NCBI RefSeq assembly: GCF_004010195.1
Contig: NC_057750.1
Span: 14,927,273 to 14,991,272, forward strand
Direction: 5' to 3'
DNA length: 64,000 nucleotides
Origin: Chiloscyllium plagiosum
Taxonomy: Eukaryota
This document shows, piece by piece, positions 62,619 through 64,000 of the stretch (its first letter is position 1; each line of letters starts with the position of its first letter). The notes under the pieces were generated by a model, which was not told the origin of the DNA, did no database searches, and worked only from the letters and a program-made list of their open reading frames with translations. A program made the translations under genes and the position numbers.

Positions 62619-64000
62619 GTGAGAACAATACTGCTCAGCTAAGTCCTGAGTTGCCAGTGTTGTTGTTATTAATGTGAAGGAAAACCTCCAAAGCCAAGTG
62701 CTTTTCTCCTTGTTTGCTGAGGTAAGGTGATGACTCCCATCTGTAGAGAGGGACGCTCCTCAGTAATGTGACCTTTTGTGTCTAACCTTCAGTACATAAA
62801 GGGTTTGTACAGAGACCTCAGCTGCATAGGGAACCTGGCTTGTCCTGAACCTGTTTAGCAAGGACCATCCTGACCAGCCTCATTCCAAACCTGCTATTGG
62901 ATAGACTGAGTTTGTCATGGGCTGGTTAGTGGCTTCTTGTCTTCCTGAGAAGACGCAATACAGAGGTTAGGTGTCCTAGGCAAAAGCATGACAGTGAAAT
63001 GGTGAGGTTATGCACTTTTGGCAGGAAGACTAAAGGAGCTGAATGTTAAATAAATGGGGGTGGGGGGGCAAGCGGGAGGGGGAAGACTGCAGAAAGCTAT
63101 GAAGGATTTTGGGGGAGGTGATGGCTTAGTGGTATTATCACCAGGCTATTAATCCAAACTGAGTGTCTGGGGACCTGGGTACAAACCTTGCCACAGCAGA
63201 TGGTGGAACTTGAATTCAATAAAAAGCTAGAATTAAGAGTTTGATGACCATGGAACTGTTGTCAGAAAAAAACAATCTGTTTCACTAATATCCTTTAGGG
63301 AAGAAATCTGTTGTCCTTACCTGGTCTAGCCTACATGTGACTCTAGACCCACAACAATGTGGTTGACTCTGAACTGTCCTCTGGGCAATTAGGGATGGGC
63401 AGTAAATACTGCCCTAAGCAGCGATGCCCTCATCCTGTGACTTCTGTTGGTTCACAAATTGTTGTCTGATTGTTCACAAAATTTGGAATATCCAATGAAA
63501 TTAAAGTGAATCTTTTGTGGCGAGTTGATTCTGAAAGTGATCCTTGTGATTACACCAGAGCCACAGTGACAGAAGTGATTTGTCAAAGACAATGAATTTG
63601 AAGTTTGCAAGATGGTTTAATGTTTGGTTAAAATGTTGAGCGATTCATTCATTCAATGTACATGCCACACTGCGTTTTTAATTTGAATTACTTATTTTGG
63701 TCAAATTTCTCCACCAACGCTAACATTGGTGTTGTAATCTGCATGTGAGTTGATGCCCATTTTTGGGTATGATATGTCATGGGTTCAAAGGTTAACTTTG
63801 TGCATCTTGATTTATGATACCTGGGCAAGTTTCCATGTTGTTGGGTAAAGGCCAGTGTTGGAACAATACTGGGGAGGTGTGGCTCAGACCCTGGCTAATT
63901 CTGGAGGACGACTACACTGCTGTAACTAGAGTGTTGTCATGAACCGGGTTATATCCAGGAGGGAATAGAATTGGCTGAAGATCGGAACCTGAGATGGTAG

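Overview
Vertebrate genomic DNA, most likely a cartilaginous fish (inferred from HE1-type tRNA SINEs, CR1/HER1-type LINEs and Penelope fragments); most ORF-track entries are repeat debris. Two intron-rich genes lie head-to-head. (1) Minus strand: the 5' part of a beta-spectrin with SPTBN4-diagnostic residues, as 7 coding exons from 15043 down to 583 (292 codons, both calponin-homology domains), plus a probable non-coding first exon near 23.8-24.2 kb. (2) Plus strand: a short nesprin/SYNE-family gene, with 6 phase-compatible exons at 42097-53139. They encode C-terminal-type spectrin repeats and an LEWD kinesin-binding motif. The upstream space cannot hold a giant-nesprin N-terminus, so this is a candidate ancestral-type SYNE4. 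A solo-LTR-like element 1.2 kb upstream carries CCAAT, TATA and a splice donor. Introns and intergenic DNA hold many short Penelope-derived insertions from about four families. These carry minimal hammerhead ribozyme cores, often as palindromes with 11-16 bp target-site duplications.
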